A stretch of 58,864 nt of DNA, the filler included. It is 5 parts of 5 records of this genome, joined end to end, with 100 filler letters (N's around TTAATTAATTAA, not from the genome) between each part and the next. Parts side by side here need not be neighbours in the genome. Positions count along the whole stretch, not along the records: positions 1 to 7,188 come from SRR2962707_1438; positions 7,289 to 30,665 come from SRR2962707_1439; 3 more parts are not named here. One strand, written 5' to 3'. Positions 1 to 10,737 of the stretch are shown here, one piece after another (positions within the stretch are counted from its first letter, which is position 1; each line of letters begins with the position of its first letter). The position numbers and the translations under genes are program-made. Below the pieces are notes generated by a model. The model was not told where the DNA came from and ran no database searches. It saw only the letters and a list, made by a program, of their open reading frames with translations.

Positions 1-80
1 CCTCCTCCTCCTCCCCCTCCTCCCCCTCCTTCTTCTTCTTCTGCTGCTTCTACTTCTTCTGCCTCTTCTCCTTCTTCTTC
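1..80. repeat. Pyrimidine-rich low-complexity tract, (CCT)n/(CTT)n
   Basis: Directly visible CCT/CTT triplet runs at the contig start. Confidence 0.9.
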
Positions 81-157
81 GTTGTATCGTTGACCCGGAC
101 CAAAGTCTCCTGTGTGTGGTGGTGGGCTGCTCTCGGCTGGCTCTTGGCGCTATAATC

Positions 158-3100
158 ATGGAGTCTTTGGCCAGAGTGCTGGGAAGATTTGCCCAGTTGT
201 TCGAAGCCCACTACTCTGCGTGCGCTCCTGGGGCGAAGAACGACGGCGGCAGTTTTTCCTCCACCGCCACGCACGCTGCCGCTGCTTCAACAAGTGTTGC
301 TGCCGAATGTGGTGGGCGTGAGCCGCATTCCAGGCGAGTAGACACCGGAGCGGGCGGGGCACAGTGCCTGTCTTTTGAAGACGTGCGGCGGGATCTGATC
401 TCGCGGTTCGGCGACCACGTGACTGCGCCAGCACTCGATATTGTGCGGGCTCTACTGCACTTCAAGGAACTTGAACAAGAAACAGGCGCTTGCGCTGAAA
501 GTGCGCCTGCGTCGAGTCCAGTCGGAAATACAAGCTCGCAGCACACACACGGGCGAGAATCGGCGTCCCCAATTCGTCCAACTCCGATGTCTCTTGCCAC
601 CGCGACTGATCTGGCAATCAAGGCACCTGTGCGAGCTCAAAAGCTGGTGCTGCAAGAATGGGGTCAATGTATTTTGTCGACCTATAACCGTGTTGGCGAG
701 GCCATGCGGGACCTGCGGGTTGCCCATGACGACGCAACAGCGGCTGTTGCTGACGCAACATCCAGGGTGGAGACGCTTGCTTCAACGTGGAACCCGACAT
801 GGACTGCTTCAACATCGTCCCCGCGGGCAAATTCTAGCCAGTTTGAGTCGGCTAAAAAAATGCCGTTCTTGCGGAAAAGTTTCAGCTTTTCAGCACGCAG
901 AAAGTCGCGTGATAGTGGAGTCAACCTTAGTGGTAGCGCGAGCACTGCACGGCAGTCCGCGACGGCAGCGGAGCCTCGCGAACGGCTTGCTCTCCTGAAC
1001 GACCGATTATACCAACTCTACCGGCAGCAGAATGAGTGAGTGAACGACGTTGATATTCTTCATGCAGGGCGCGGCACCAGCACCTGCTGTCTCTCTGTCG
1101 AATCAACGTTGTTTCCTCGAAGTGCCGCACCTTGTCGCTTTGGCGCACACACTGAATAAGGTGTTTTGCTGCGACCCTTCCATTGGAACTCTGATCATAG
1201 GTACGAACTCCAAATTGCTCGCTGCAAGGTGGCGGTGCTTGAGAACAAACTGAGGGAGCTGGACAGTTGTGTCCAAGTATTTAATGCCATCATGCAGTGT
1301 CTTCCCGCAAATGTCATGGACCCCGCTGAAGACGACGACTTGGATCTGGACGGTACAGGCAGACTTGTTGAGTCCACCATCGCTTGCTCATCGCTCAGTC
1401 AAGACAATTCCAGCGCAGATTCCTCACAGGATGACGAGTTTGAAGAAGCTGATACGATTTTTTCTTTGCCAGAGGCCCACAGAACATCGTTTGGGTCGGG
1501 GAACTCTGCTGCTCCCACAGCTGCGGGGGCGGACCACCCTGCTCGTCAATTGTTGAATGGTTATCTCACGAAAACAGTCGGTCCAGCGTCGTTGAATGAC
1601 TCATCCTCCAGCGAGTTTGCATCGTTTTTTGGCCAATCCCTTGAACTGGAGTGTGGACCAAATAGCAAAAAGTTGGAGAGAAAATCAGCCAGGCTCGCAA
1701 GAGCCGCTCGGCAGAGCCGGGCTGAACAGTGGCGTCGGTCTTTCCTCATGAGTCGTTTCCTGCAAGAAAATGGAATTGGTCAAAGAATCGACGCTGTGGT
1801 CCATGCCAACGAACTTGCCTGGCGCGTGCGTGACCAGCTTTGCGCCGCTGCTGCGCTTGCCAACGTGAGCCCCGCGGCAACCGGGCGCACAGCCTTCTGC
1901 TTCACTGGAAAAAAGATTGTCGACTCCCTGTTGGAAATGGGCATCGTGGAGAATCGCACGGACGGTTGTCGCCGAGCTTTGGATTTCGTCGTCAATGGAT
2001 GCATCAAGGTTGTTCAAACAGCTGGCGTCCGCCAGGGAAATTCCCCAACTCGGGATGAACATGCAACGTTTGCTGCAGATATGACTTCGTCTCCAAGCTC
2101 CTCCTCTTCCTCATCGCTACTGTCGCCTTCTCACCACAATTCGGCCGTCGATGCGTCATCGCCTTTGTCATCGGCAGGGCCGTCCTCAGCCCGAAGCCAG
2201 GGAAACACTGCGCTGGGTTCGCACGTTGCTTGTGCTAGCACCCGCACCGACGCAGGGCGAGTGGTCTTCCAAGACAACTTTTCCTTTTACACTTTTCGAT
2301 CTTACCCACGACAAGTGGATGCTGCCCCTGTCGCCCGCACTGGCCCTGACGTCGTCTTTTCAGAGTTGCCATGCAAGACCGCAGCGCCCTCGAAAGGTCG
2401 TTCGAACGATGACGTTGCTGTCAGTGTGCCGGGTCAGGGCGGTGGCATGAGCGAGCAGGCGATTCACTCCCTCACCGAGGCGATCGTGCGTGTTTTGGAC
2501 ACTCCCGTGGAGGTGCTATTCAGTGGCAACATGTTCAATGTACTTTTGAACTGCCTGTCTGACACTCTGCAAAAAGCTCATGAGGTCACTGACGAAATGA
2601 AGGTCCGCAATATCGACACTGCTTGTTGATCAACGAATTGAACTCTATTTTTCCATGCCGAAGTCGACGCTCATGTATTTGTTGCTGCATTTTTTACCCA
2701 CCTGGGAAGACTCTTGAAATCAAGCTCGCGACTCAAAAGCTCCGCCCAAATGACCGCGCCGCTCGCTTGCGACGTCTCGTTATGGACTTGCTCAAATCCA
2801 ATGTTCCTTTTCTTCGGTTTTCTGCAGAGTTTCTTGGACGACCAACGGACGATTGCGGCGAGAGTTTTGACCAAGACATCGAAACGTACGAGGACCCTCT
2901 GGGCACTCAAGACTTGCCGACTCAGCCTCGTGTGAAGCGATTGCGACGACGCAAGACCTCACTTCAAAACACAGTCCGCCCGACAATCGACGCCTCGAGT
3001 CAGCGGCTTTTCACCGAGCTTGTCAGCAATTGCGGCGCAGGTCTGGCACGGTCAATGCAGAACCGCTGGCGAGCGGTTTTGCAGCGCTGGCAAGCAAACC

Positions 3101-5226
3101 CGACACGTCGTTTCTCAAGTGTCGACCTTGGCCTTTTTGACCATTCCCCAAGCTCTGCCGCGAATGGTCGTGTCGGCCGCTCCAATCGTAGCCTATCCAA
3201 TATGTCCGCGTGGCTCACATCTGATATTGACGCCGTCTCCAGTGAGCCAGCTCCGCCCCTCGTCCTTGATGTGGCCACAATGATGCGAGTGGTGCGTTTT
3301 GGCCTACGGCCTGGCTCTGTGGTTGTGGGTTGTCAGTTTTGCCAGCCAGTTTATCTGTGTGTGGAGGTTCTGGAGACCAAGTTTACCCCATGCCTGCGTG
3401 TATATTCTTGGTTTGCGCGCTCCATCTTTACCAGGCAGCACAATTTGCATATTGTGTGGACCATCAATTCAGCATATCTGAGCCGGTGCTCGACAGGCTG
3501 ATGAAAGAAGTTGCAAAGCTTTTGTCCACGACCCCAAAACAGAAGGGAAGGAAAAGTGTGCCAAAGCGTCAAGGGCAGTCTGCGGCAAGGACGCTGTCAC
3601 CTCGCCATACGGAAGTAACGATGACCCGCCCAGCCTTACGCGCAGCTCTTCTTGCGCTGCTGAATGCACTTGTCCAAAACATGCTTTTCCAAGCAGTGGG
3701 AACAGAAAAACTTTTGGTGAGTCGGTGACCATGGTCACTGCCGGCAAGGTCCTGCATGCACGAAGTCGCCTAACCCACCATTTTGTCTCTTACTGTTGCG
3801 TGATTCTTCGCAGCTCCACGTTATTGAAGAGAAGTTTCCCACAACACTCGTCCAAGACACTGCCCTGATGTGCCAGCTAGACTGGATTTGTCGAGTTGCC
3901 CCAATGCCAGAAGTCTTTGGTTTTGATATCAAAGACGTGAATGGGGTTGTCGGCAACCCATGTGCGCAAGCAGTCGGTGTATTTCGCGGAATCACTCGCA
4001 GCTGGGCACCACACGCCTTACTCGAGGGCGTCACACGCACTCTGCAGCGAATATTCACTGATACGTGCGTATTGCTACTGTATTGTTGTGCGTGGGACAT
4101 CCGATGCGTTAGCAATTTTGTGGTCGATGTCATTCGTGTCTTGTCGTGTCTTGCTGCTTTCAATGATAGAAAATGCTATTCGCGAGCTCTCGGAGCCGAC
4201 GACGTGTTCCCTTTGATCGTTTTCCTTTTGTCACACATCGGCTGCAATACCATCTCTCGTCGCCTTCAATGTGCGTCGGAGGCCATCGACGCATACATCG
4301 CGCAGGTCTTCCATCATGCCCACGAACCTCTTTTTGCCTACTACGGGCTGGTTGATGACGACAACACGCTCAGTGAATTGCGCTACTACTGCACTGCTAT
4401 GCAGGTGGGATTTCGCTCTTTTTGTGCGTTGACGGTTTCGTTTTGTTCTTCAGGCTTATTTACGCTGCGTTTGGTTCACGGTTGATAGGTTGCAATGGAG
4501 TACTTGTGCATGCTGCGCGCTGATGAAACCGTTTGCTCAAGTTTTTTGTCAACAAGCTTGTTGCATGCGGTGGACGTTGATCGCAGTGTCCGGTTGGTTC
4601 CCCCGTGCGCCGCAACTGGCCTAGGGACCCTTTCACGTCAGCAAGCGACTTGTAGGAGTAGTGGTACTGACCAAGTCGGGTCGTCGCCTGGGCAACAAAA
4701 CTTGCCTGCTCGGCAACACACGACTCTTTTCCAGCGCATCAGTGCTGCTGTGCAGGAAAGATCGCTGCTGCGACGGCGCCGTGCCGCTGCCGGTGCAGCG
4801 CTCAAAGCACCATCCACCAGCGCGACGAGTACCACACCCCATCAAGATCAACCTCAGCCACCTTTGGTCGGCGAGATGTGCTGGAATGCAGAGCGAAACG
4901 AGTGGAGCTTTGACTTGGACTTGGGGACGGAACCCACCGAGATCAGATGTGAGTTATGCCAACGCAGAGGCCAAGAGATTGTCCATGGCAAGGGTGCTAC
5001 CGACGCCGATGGCCACAGTGTTCCCGACTTGGAACCCACACGAAGGCGAGTGTCTTTGATATCGGCAGATAAAACCACCCTGTCAGCGTGGCAAGTGGCA
5101 TTCAACACGTGTTTCACGTAAGCGGCACATGTGGTTTCACTGCGAATGCATCCCAGTTCCCACAGCGAGGTCGCATTGCCTTCGCACTTTGGTGCTGCTC
5201 GCAGAAACACGAACCTAATTTATTGA
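158..5226 (+). CDS. Multi-exon eukaryotic DEP- and VPS9-domain protein (putative Rab5-family GEF)
   Basis: ORFs 116-1039, 1166-2629, 2623-3501, 3330-3728, 3796-4485 and 4495-5121 join in frame through GT-AG introns at 1036-1200, 2603-2709, 3292-3434, 3717-3813, 4065-4169, 4405-4488 and probably 5118-5204 (stop at 5226, otherwise 5121). DEP-like motif CFTGKKIVDSLL...GCIKVV...FQDNFSFYTF; VPS9-like motif GADDVFPLIVFLL...ELRYYCTAMQVAMEYL. Confidence 0.7.
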
Positions 5227-5355
5227 TGCTTCTTATCAATGAAATATTGCACAGTCAAAATCGTCTGTCAAAGACTCCATTTTAATAATTATAGAGAACC
5301 CTGTCCCGGGCCAGTCAATGGAGTTTGTAAAACACCAGGCAGGCAGCGCGTCCTG

Positions 5356-7128
5356 TCACCTTGTCGGAGCTTCCACTTTACCGTCTTCAGCAGATGGCTT
5401 CTCCTCCGCCGCCTCCTCCTCCTGCTCGTCTCCCTTTGGTTTAGCGCCGCCGCCACCCGACTCTGCCGCTGCATTTTCACGCTCTACCTGGTTGCGTTCA
5501 TGCTGAGACTGAGTGCCTTCCATTTGGCCGTCCTCTGGAGCATTCATGTGATCCAGGCCGAGGTCCGACTCCTCCTCTGCAGTTCGCTCGTACAACTCTT
5601 CCTTGATCTGTGGATCCGCTTCCGGGGCATGCGGGTTGTAAATCCAACTCGCAGCAAGTGGGTCCCGAAGCACAAAGGTGAAGGCGCGAGTACCAGCCAG
5701 AACTTCTTCGCACTCGCGGAAGAACTGCGCAAACATGGAGCGATTCTTGTCAGTCGCACTATCGCCGACAAGAAAGTCTTGCTGTGATGCTGAAAGCTGC
5801 TCCACAGTGAGACGGATGATGCCCTCGACAGTGATGTATCGGCCACCAAGCGTGCCAGGCATGATTTGCAGCCCGATTTCCGGGATGTCAATGCCAGCAG
5901 TGGCACTCTTGACGACATCACGTTTCAGATCAAACGCAGCCGTCTCCTCGGAAACGCTGAGGGTCAGACACTTGCCGTGCGCAGGAACGGCGCCACCGGT
6001 TTTCACTTCAGCCTCTTTGAATCCGCACGAGTCACACACGAAGCACATGAGGATGATTTCACGGAAGTGAGGAACAGTCACGGTGCACATGCGATTCTCC
6101 CCACTGCTGCCGCACGCGGGGCAGTCGCAGGCAAAGCGCACGAGGTCCAAGTCCTCTGCACGTTGGTACATTTGCATGATGCGGTCATCAGTCAGAGTGC
6201 CACCCTGGGGGGCCTTGTACGGCTCGCGTTCCCGCTCAATCTCCAACTCTTTGTCTGTGAAAAGACCAATCATTTTGTTTTCGAGCACCGATCGCACGTA
6301 ACGCTCTTCTTGAAGCTGTGGATCCGTTGCAGGTGCTACCACCTCGCTTTGGATGTGCGAGTCACCGCTGGGATCTTCGAGCTCGAACGTAAATGGCTGC
6401 TCCAAAAGGACTCCGTCGTCTCCCACCCGGCCTGAGGTCAAGAGCGCCAATCGCGCGACGAATTCGGCAACCTTCTCCGCAGCTTCAGGGTTTACCTCCT
6501 TGCGCGCCTCGTTGGACTCGTGCAACGCAACGGTCGCCTTCTGCAAGATGCCCTCGACCGTTGACAGCTGACTCGCTTGCGATTCCTTTGGAATGACGAA
6601 ACCGAGTTCTGGGATCTTGATGGTGCAGTAGGCAGACTTGACAACTTGACGATTCAGATCTGCGGGCGTCGTCACGGCCAGCGTGTAGCGAATTCCGTGC
6701 GTGGGGATGTCCGAGTTGGGCTGGACGAGGGTGTCCGTGTACCCACAGTGCTCGCAGCGGAACGCCGAGATGATGATTTCGCGGAAGTGCGGGATGTCAG
6801 TCACGTAGAAGGTGGTGAGGCCTTGGTCGTGGCAGTTCATGCACAGGCTCTCCGCCTGGTACGTTTTGCCTCGAGCATCGGGGTCATCATCGTCCTCTAG
6901 GGGGTCCAAGTGAAGCTCTTGCTGCTGCTGCTCGCCTTCCTCGTCGTTCTGCTGCTTCTCCTCTCCCTCTTCGTCCCCAGTTGCTGGGGTGCGGAGGAGG
7001 TCTGGGGCGTACGAAGCGTTTTGATTGGGCCCTTCGTCTCGGTAGTAGCCGAGGCCCTGGGGGCCTTGCCCGAAGAAGAACCCTTCGCGTGTGCCGGAGA
7101 ACTCTGACGCGGCCTGGAAGTCTGCCAT
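5356..7128 (-). CDS. ZPR1: Zinc finger protein ZPR1, intronless, about 590 aa
   Basis: Two tandem Zn finger/A-B modules: ESLCMNC..IPHFREIIISAFRCEHCG, DLNRQVVKS, STVEGIL, EDPSGDS; CPACG..VPHFREIILMCFVCDSCG, DLKRDVVKS, GTLGGRYITVEG. First ATG at 7128. Confidence 0.93.
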   Translation of the reverse strand: MADFQAASEFSGTREGFFFGQGPQGLGYYRDEGPNQNASYAPDLLRTPATGDEEGEEKQQNDEEGEQQQQELHLDPLEDDDDPDARGKTYQAESLCMNCHDQGLTTFYVTDIPHFREIIISAFRCEHCGYTDTLVQPNSDIPTHGIRYTLAVTTPADLNRQVVKSAYCTIKIPELGFVIPKESQASQLSTVEGILQKATVALHESNEARKEVNPEAAEKVAEFVARLALLTSGRVGDDGVLLEQPFTFELEDPSGDSHIQSEVVAPATDPQLQEERYVRSVLENKMIGLFTDKELEIEREREPYKAPQGGTLTDDRIMQMYQRAEDLDLVRFACDCPACGSSGENRMCTVTVPHFREIILMCFVCDSCGFKEAEVKTGGAVPAHGKCLTLSVSEETAAFDLKRDVVKSATAGIDIPEIGLQIMPGTLGGRYITVEGIIRLTVEQLSASQQDFLVGDSATDKNRSMFAQFFRECEEVLAGTRAFTFVLRDPLAASWIYNPHAPEADPQIKEELYERTAEEESDLGLDHMNAPEDGQMEGTQSQHERNQVERENAAAESGGGGAKPKGDEQEEEAAEEKPSAEDGKVEAPTR

Positions 7129-7165
7129 GCTGGACTGGCGCTGGGCTTCAACCCACACACGATAT

Positions 7166-7188
7166 CACACACACACACACACACACAC
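7166..7188. repeat. (CA)n microsatellite at contig end
   Basis: Visible CA run abutting the N spacer. Confidence 0.9.
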
Positions 7189-7288
7189 NNNNNNNNNNNN
7201 NNNNNNNNNNNNNNNNNNNNNNNNNNNNNNNNTTAATTAATTAANNNNNNNNNNNNNNNNNNNNNNNNNNNNNNNNNNNNNNNNNNNN
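7189..7288. other. Artificial contig-joining spacer (N44-TTAATTAATTAA-N44)
   Basis: Identical 100-bp structure occurs four times; the core puts stop codons in all six frames. Confidence 0.98.
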
Positions 7289-7627
7289 GCAAATTCGGGC
7301 AGCCAGTGCGCGCGCCGGACCGTCCACAGTTCATAGTCTGGCGTGAACTGTTCGGGGTCATCGAGCGCGCCCAGATGCACCTCAACCTCATCATCGCTGC
7401 GCGCGAAGACCGAGGAGCCACATTGGGGGCAGAAGTGACGGCCCTGATAGTCCCGCGTCTCGCCGCTGATGGTCACCGCGTGGGCCGGAAAGATCGCGGC
7501 TGCAAAGAACAGCGCGCCGTGATGCTTGCGGCAGTCCATGCAAATGGCAAAGCCCCACTCGGTCCGGCTGGCCGCGCACCACCAGCCGCACTGCGCCACA
7601 CAGACATCCACCGCTGAGCTGATCCAT
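7289..7627 (-). pseudogene. GFA (glutathione-dependent formaldehyde-activating/CENP-V) family protein, 1-bp frameshift, 3'-truncated by contig end
   Basis: MDQLSGGCLCGAVR..GLCH in one frame continues as CMDCRKHHG..HFCPQCGS in another; there is an extra base at 7542-7544. GGAGG RBS before the ATG at 7627. Confidence 0.8.
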
Positions 7628-7655
7628 AGGGGCCTCCCTTGGTGGCGCGTTTTGG

Positions 7656-8693
7656 CTAGGCTGAACCGCGCCGGACGATCTCAAAGCCGATATCGTGCAC
7701 TGCCTGCAGTGGCTCAGCCGAGCGGAAACGATCGACCAGGGCGTTGGCAGCCACCTGCCCCAGCACCTGACGATCAATGCGGATGCTGGTCAGGGCCGGC
7801 TCGGTGCTGGCGGCAAACTCCTGATCGCCAAACCCGATCACGGCCAGATCTTCGGGGATTTTCAGCCCGCGTTTATTGGCTTCGATCAGCACGCCCTGGG
7901 CGAACTGGTCCGAACTGCAGAACACCACCGAGCGGGGTGGCAGCCCCTGCTCCAGCAATTGGGTCAGGGCATCGCGACCAAGGCCAAGCGAGGCGGAAAT
8001 GTCGTATTCGACACGGCCCACACTCGTGCCGGTCCGCTTGGCAAAGCGGCTGGCAAAGGCATCGCGGCGGCGAACGGCGCGCTCATCGCCCGCAGTGATG
8101 GTGGTCGCGTTGAGATAGCCCGCATCAACGGCGTAGTCGGCCGCGGCCAGCCCGGCTTCGGCATGGGAAAACCCGACGCAGCAATCGATCGGCGTATCGG
8201 AAATGTCCCAGACCTCGACCACCGGAATGCCCGCATTGTGCAGCATGCGGCGCGCGCCGGCGCTGTGGTGCTTGCCGGTCAGCAGAACAGCGTCGGGCCG
8301 GCGCGAGAGATGGGTGGCAATGGCCTGCTCCTCGCGGCCCAGATCAAAGCCGGTTTCGGACAGCATGATCTGATAGCCGTGCCCCCACATGATATTGGAG
8401 AAGGCGTGGAGCATGCTCGAATAGACAATATTGGTCACCGAGGGCACCAGCGCCGCAATCAGATTGCTCTTGCTGGACGCCAGGGCGCCGGCCACCGCAT
8501 TGGGCACATAGCCGGTGCGCTCGATCGCATCATGGATGCGTTGCAGCGTTTCGGGCGAGACCTTTTCGGGCGCCGAAAGCGCGCGCGACACGGTCACCTG
8601 TGAGACACCGGCCAACCGGCCGACTTCGGCCATGGTGACACCGCCCCCTGAGGGGCGACGGGTGTTTGAACTGTCCTTGGAGCGAATTCCCAT
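7656..8693 (-). CDS. LacI-family transcriptional regulator
   Basis: HTH VTMAEVGRLAGVSQVTVSRAL, GYVPNAVAGAL hinge, and C-terminal PEDLAVIGFGD..PALTSI. Confidence 0.95.
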   Translation of the reverse strand: MGIRSKDSSNTRRPSGGGVTMAEVGRLAGVSQVTVSRALSAPEKVSPETLQRIHDAIERTGYVPNAVAGALASSKSNLIAALVPSVTNIVYSSMLHAFSNIMWGHGYQIMLSETGFDLGREEQAIATHLSRRPDAVLLTGKHHSAGARRMLHNAGIPVVEVWDISDTPIDCCVGFSHAEAGLAAADYAVDAGYLNATTITAGDERAVRRRDAFASRFAKRTGTSVGRVEYDISASLGLGRDALTQLLEQGLPPRSVVFCSSDQFAQGVLIEANKRGLKIPEDLAVIGFGDQEFAASTEPALTSIRIDRQVLGQVAANALVDRFRSAEPLQAVHDIGFEIVRRGSA

Positions 8694-8740
8694 GTCAGTT
8701 CAATACCCTGCAAAACCGGCAACGGGAAGCGGGCTTGGCC

Positions 8741-10231
8741 TCAGATTGTGTCCCTGTTCCGGCGCGCCATGAGGATGGACAGGCCAATCGAGGTAGCGAT
8801 CAGCACCCAGAGCACCATGGCGATCCAGCTCTTGGTGAAAAAGATGGTCAAATCACCGAACGATTCGAGGCTTTTGACGAAGTAGATTTCGGCTGATGGT
8901 CCCAGAATGAAGCCGATGATGAAGGGGGCGATCTCGAGCCGCAATTTGGTGGCCAGCCAACCGAACAGCCCGAAGATCAGAAGCGTCCAGACATCGAACA
9001 TAATGCCATAATTGATGGTGTAGGCGCCGATCACGCACATCATCAGGATGACCGGAAACAGGATGTGTTTGGGGACCGCTACCACCAGTGCAAACCAGCG
9101 GATGGCAAAATACATCATCAGGAACATGGCAATGTTGGCGATCACCATGGCCACAATCATGGCGTCCCAGGTGTGACCATTATTGCCGATAAAAAGCGGG
9201 CCCACCTGAATGCCCTGCAGCGCGAAGGCGCCAATCAGCAAGGCAGTAGTGGAATCGCCGGGGATGCCCAGCGATAGCAGCGGCACCAGTGCGCCGCCGG
9301 TCAGCCCATTATTGCCGGCTTCGGATGCCATGATGCCGGCCGGCTCGCCCTTGCCGAAGCGCTCGGGGTGCCGGGATGTCGTCTTGGCCGCCGTATAGGC
9401 CAGAATGGAGGCCGCCGAGCCGCCCACGCCGGGCAGGATGCCGACAATGGTGCCGATGCCCGAGGACCGCAGCAGATTGCCGATCTGGCCCTTGAAGACC
9501 GAGAAGGAGAAGCGCGATGAGGCCCCAACCTCAATCTCGCTGAGCGACATGCCCTTGCGCATGCCCTTTTCGGCCTCGCTGAGAATGGTCGCCAGACCGA
9601 ACAGTGCGATGAGCACGGGCAGCAGCGAGAAGCCGCCTTCCAGCCAGTAATCGAGCCCGGGCGGGATGAGGCGGAAATGGCCGTTGCCACCATCGGTGAC
9701 GTCATAGACCCCGATCAGGCTGACGAAGATGCCCAGAAAGCCCGAGAAAATGCCCAGCAGCATATTGCTCGACAGGGCCGCCATTACGGTCAGGGCGAAC
9801 AGGATGATCAGGAATTTTTCGACATAGGAAAACTTGATGGCAAAATCGGCCAGGGCTGGGGCGAAGAAATAGAGTGCGGCCAGCGACACCAGACCGCCCA
9901 CCAGCGACGCCACGATGCCGATGCGCATGGCTTTCTCGCCCTCGCCGCGCTGGGCCATGGGGTAGCCGTCAAAACAGGTGGTGATTGATGAGGGGGTGCC
10001 GGGAATACCCAGCAGGACGGCAGGGACCAGCCCGCCAGAGATACCGCCGACATAAAGGCCCAGCAGCAACGCCAGGCCATTCTCGAGCCCCAGCGAATAG
10101 GTGAGCGGCAGGCAGATTGCCACCGCCATGGTTGCGGTCATGCCGGGAATGGCGCCGAAAATGATGCCCACCAGCGTGCCGCCAACAGCCAGCGAAACAA
10201 AGAGCGGGGTGATGAATTCGAGGACTTCCAT
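8741..10231 (-). CDS. tctA: Tripartite tricarboxylate transporter large permease TctA
   Basis: GAIPGMTATMAVA, LGIPGTPSS, GILPGVGG and LGIPGD motifs; highly hydrophobic. Confidence 0.93.
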   Translation of the reverse strand: MEVLEFITPLFVSLAVGGTLVGIIFGAIPGMTATMAVAICLPLTYSLGLENGLALLLGLYVGGISGGLVPAVLLGIPGTPSSITTCFDGYPMAQRGEGEKAMRIGIVASLVGGLVSLAALYFFAPALADFAIKFSYVEKFLIILFALTVMAALSSNMLLGIFSGFLGIFVSLIGVYDVTDGGNGHFRLIPPGLDYWLEGGFSLLPVLIALFGLATILSEAEKGMRKGMSLSEIEVGASSRFSFSVFKGQIGNLLRSSGIGTIVGILPGVGGSAASILAYTAAKTTSRHPERFGKGEPAGIMASEAGNNGLTGGALVPLLSLGIPGDSTTALLIGAFALQGIQVGPLFIGNNGHTWDAMIVAMVIANIAMFLMMYFAIRWFALVVAVPKHILFPVILMMCVIGAYTINYGIMFDVWTLLIFGLFGWLATKLRLEIAPFIIGFILGPSAEIYFVKSLESFGDLTIFFTKSWIAMVLWVLIATSIGLSILMARRNRDTI

Positions 10232-10249
10232 GGTCGCAATCCTCCGCGC

Positions 10250-10669
10250 TCAAGGCAGGGTCAGGTAGAAGATTTCGGTAAACAGCCACCACACCAGCAC
10301 CGGGCCGAGTATGGCGACGATGGCGACGGGAATGAATTTGGCCAGCGTGCGCTGCTGCATGAAGAGCAGCCCGGTCAGCGCCAGAAACGGCACCGAGCAC
10401 AGCAGGAACCCCAGACCGGTATTGGGCCAGAAGTCGCCGACCGGCACCATCAGTGAGAAGTAGAGGATGGTCAGCCCCAGCGTGCCGAAAAACCGCAGCT
10501 TGTCCATTTGCGCAAACGTTTGGCGCCACATGGTGCCTGACGCCAGGATGTCCCGCCGCTGCGTGACGAGAATGGCCAGGCCCAGGATCAACAGGATGAT
10601 CCCGATCAGCGTGGGAAAGATCATGTGGGAGGTCGGAAAATCGACCGTGACGCGGGTCAGTTCACCCAT
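10250..10669 (-). CDS. tctB: Tripartite tricarboxylate transporter small permease TctB
   Basis: 139 aa, four hydrophobic segments, C-terminal ..LTLP, located between tctA and the binding protein. Confidence 0.8.
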   Translation of the reverse strand: MGELTRVTVDFPTSHMIFPTLIGIILLILGLAILVTQRRDILASGTMWRQTFAQMDKLRFFGTLGLTILYFSLMVPVGDFWPNTGLGFLLCSVPFLALTGLLFMQQRTLAKFIPVAIVAILGPVLVWWLFTEIFYLTLP

Positions 10670-10737
10670 TGTGGTGGTCCATCTCTGGTAAACGGAACGA
10701 CGCCCCGGCCGCGAACGGCCGAGGCAAGGTAATGGGG

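Noticed and set aside
7189..7288. TTAATTAATTAA as a biological motif or att site
   Set aside because: It is embedded in N runs and repeated identically at four junctions, which marks a synthetic six-frame-stop linker.
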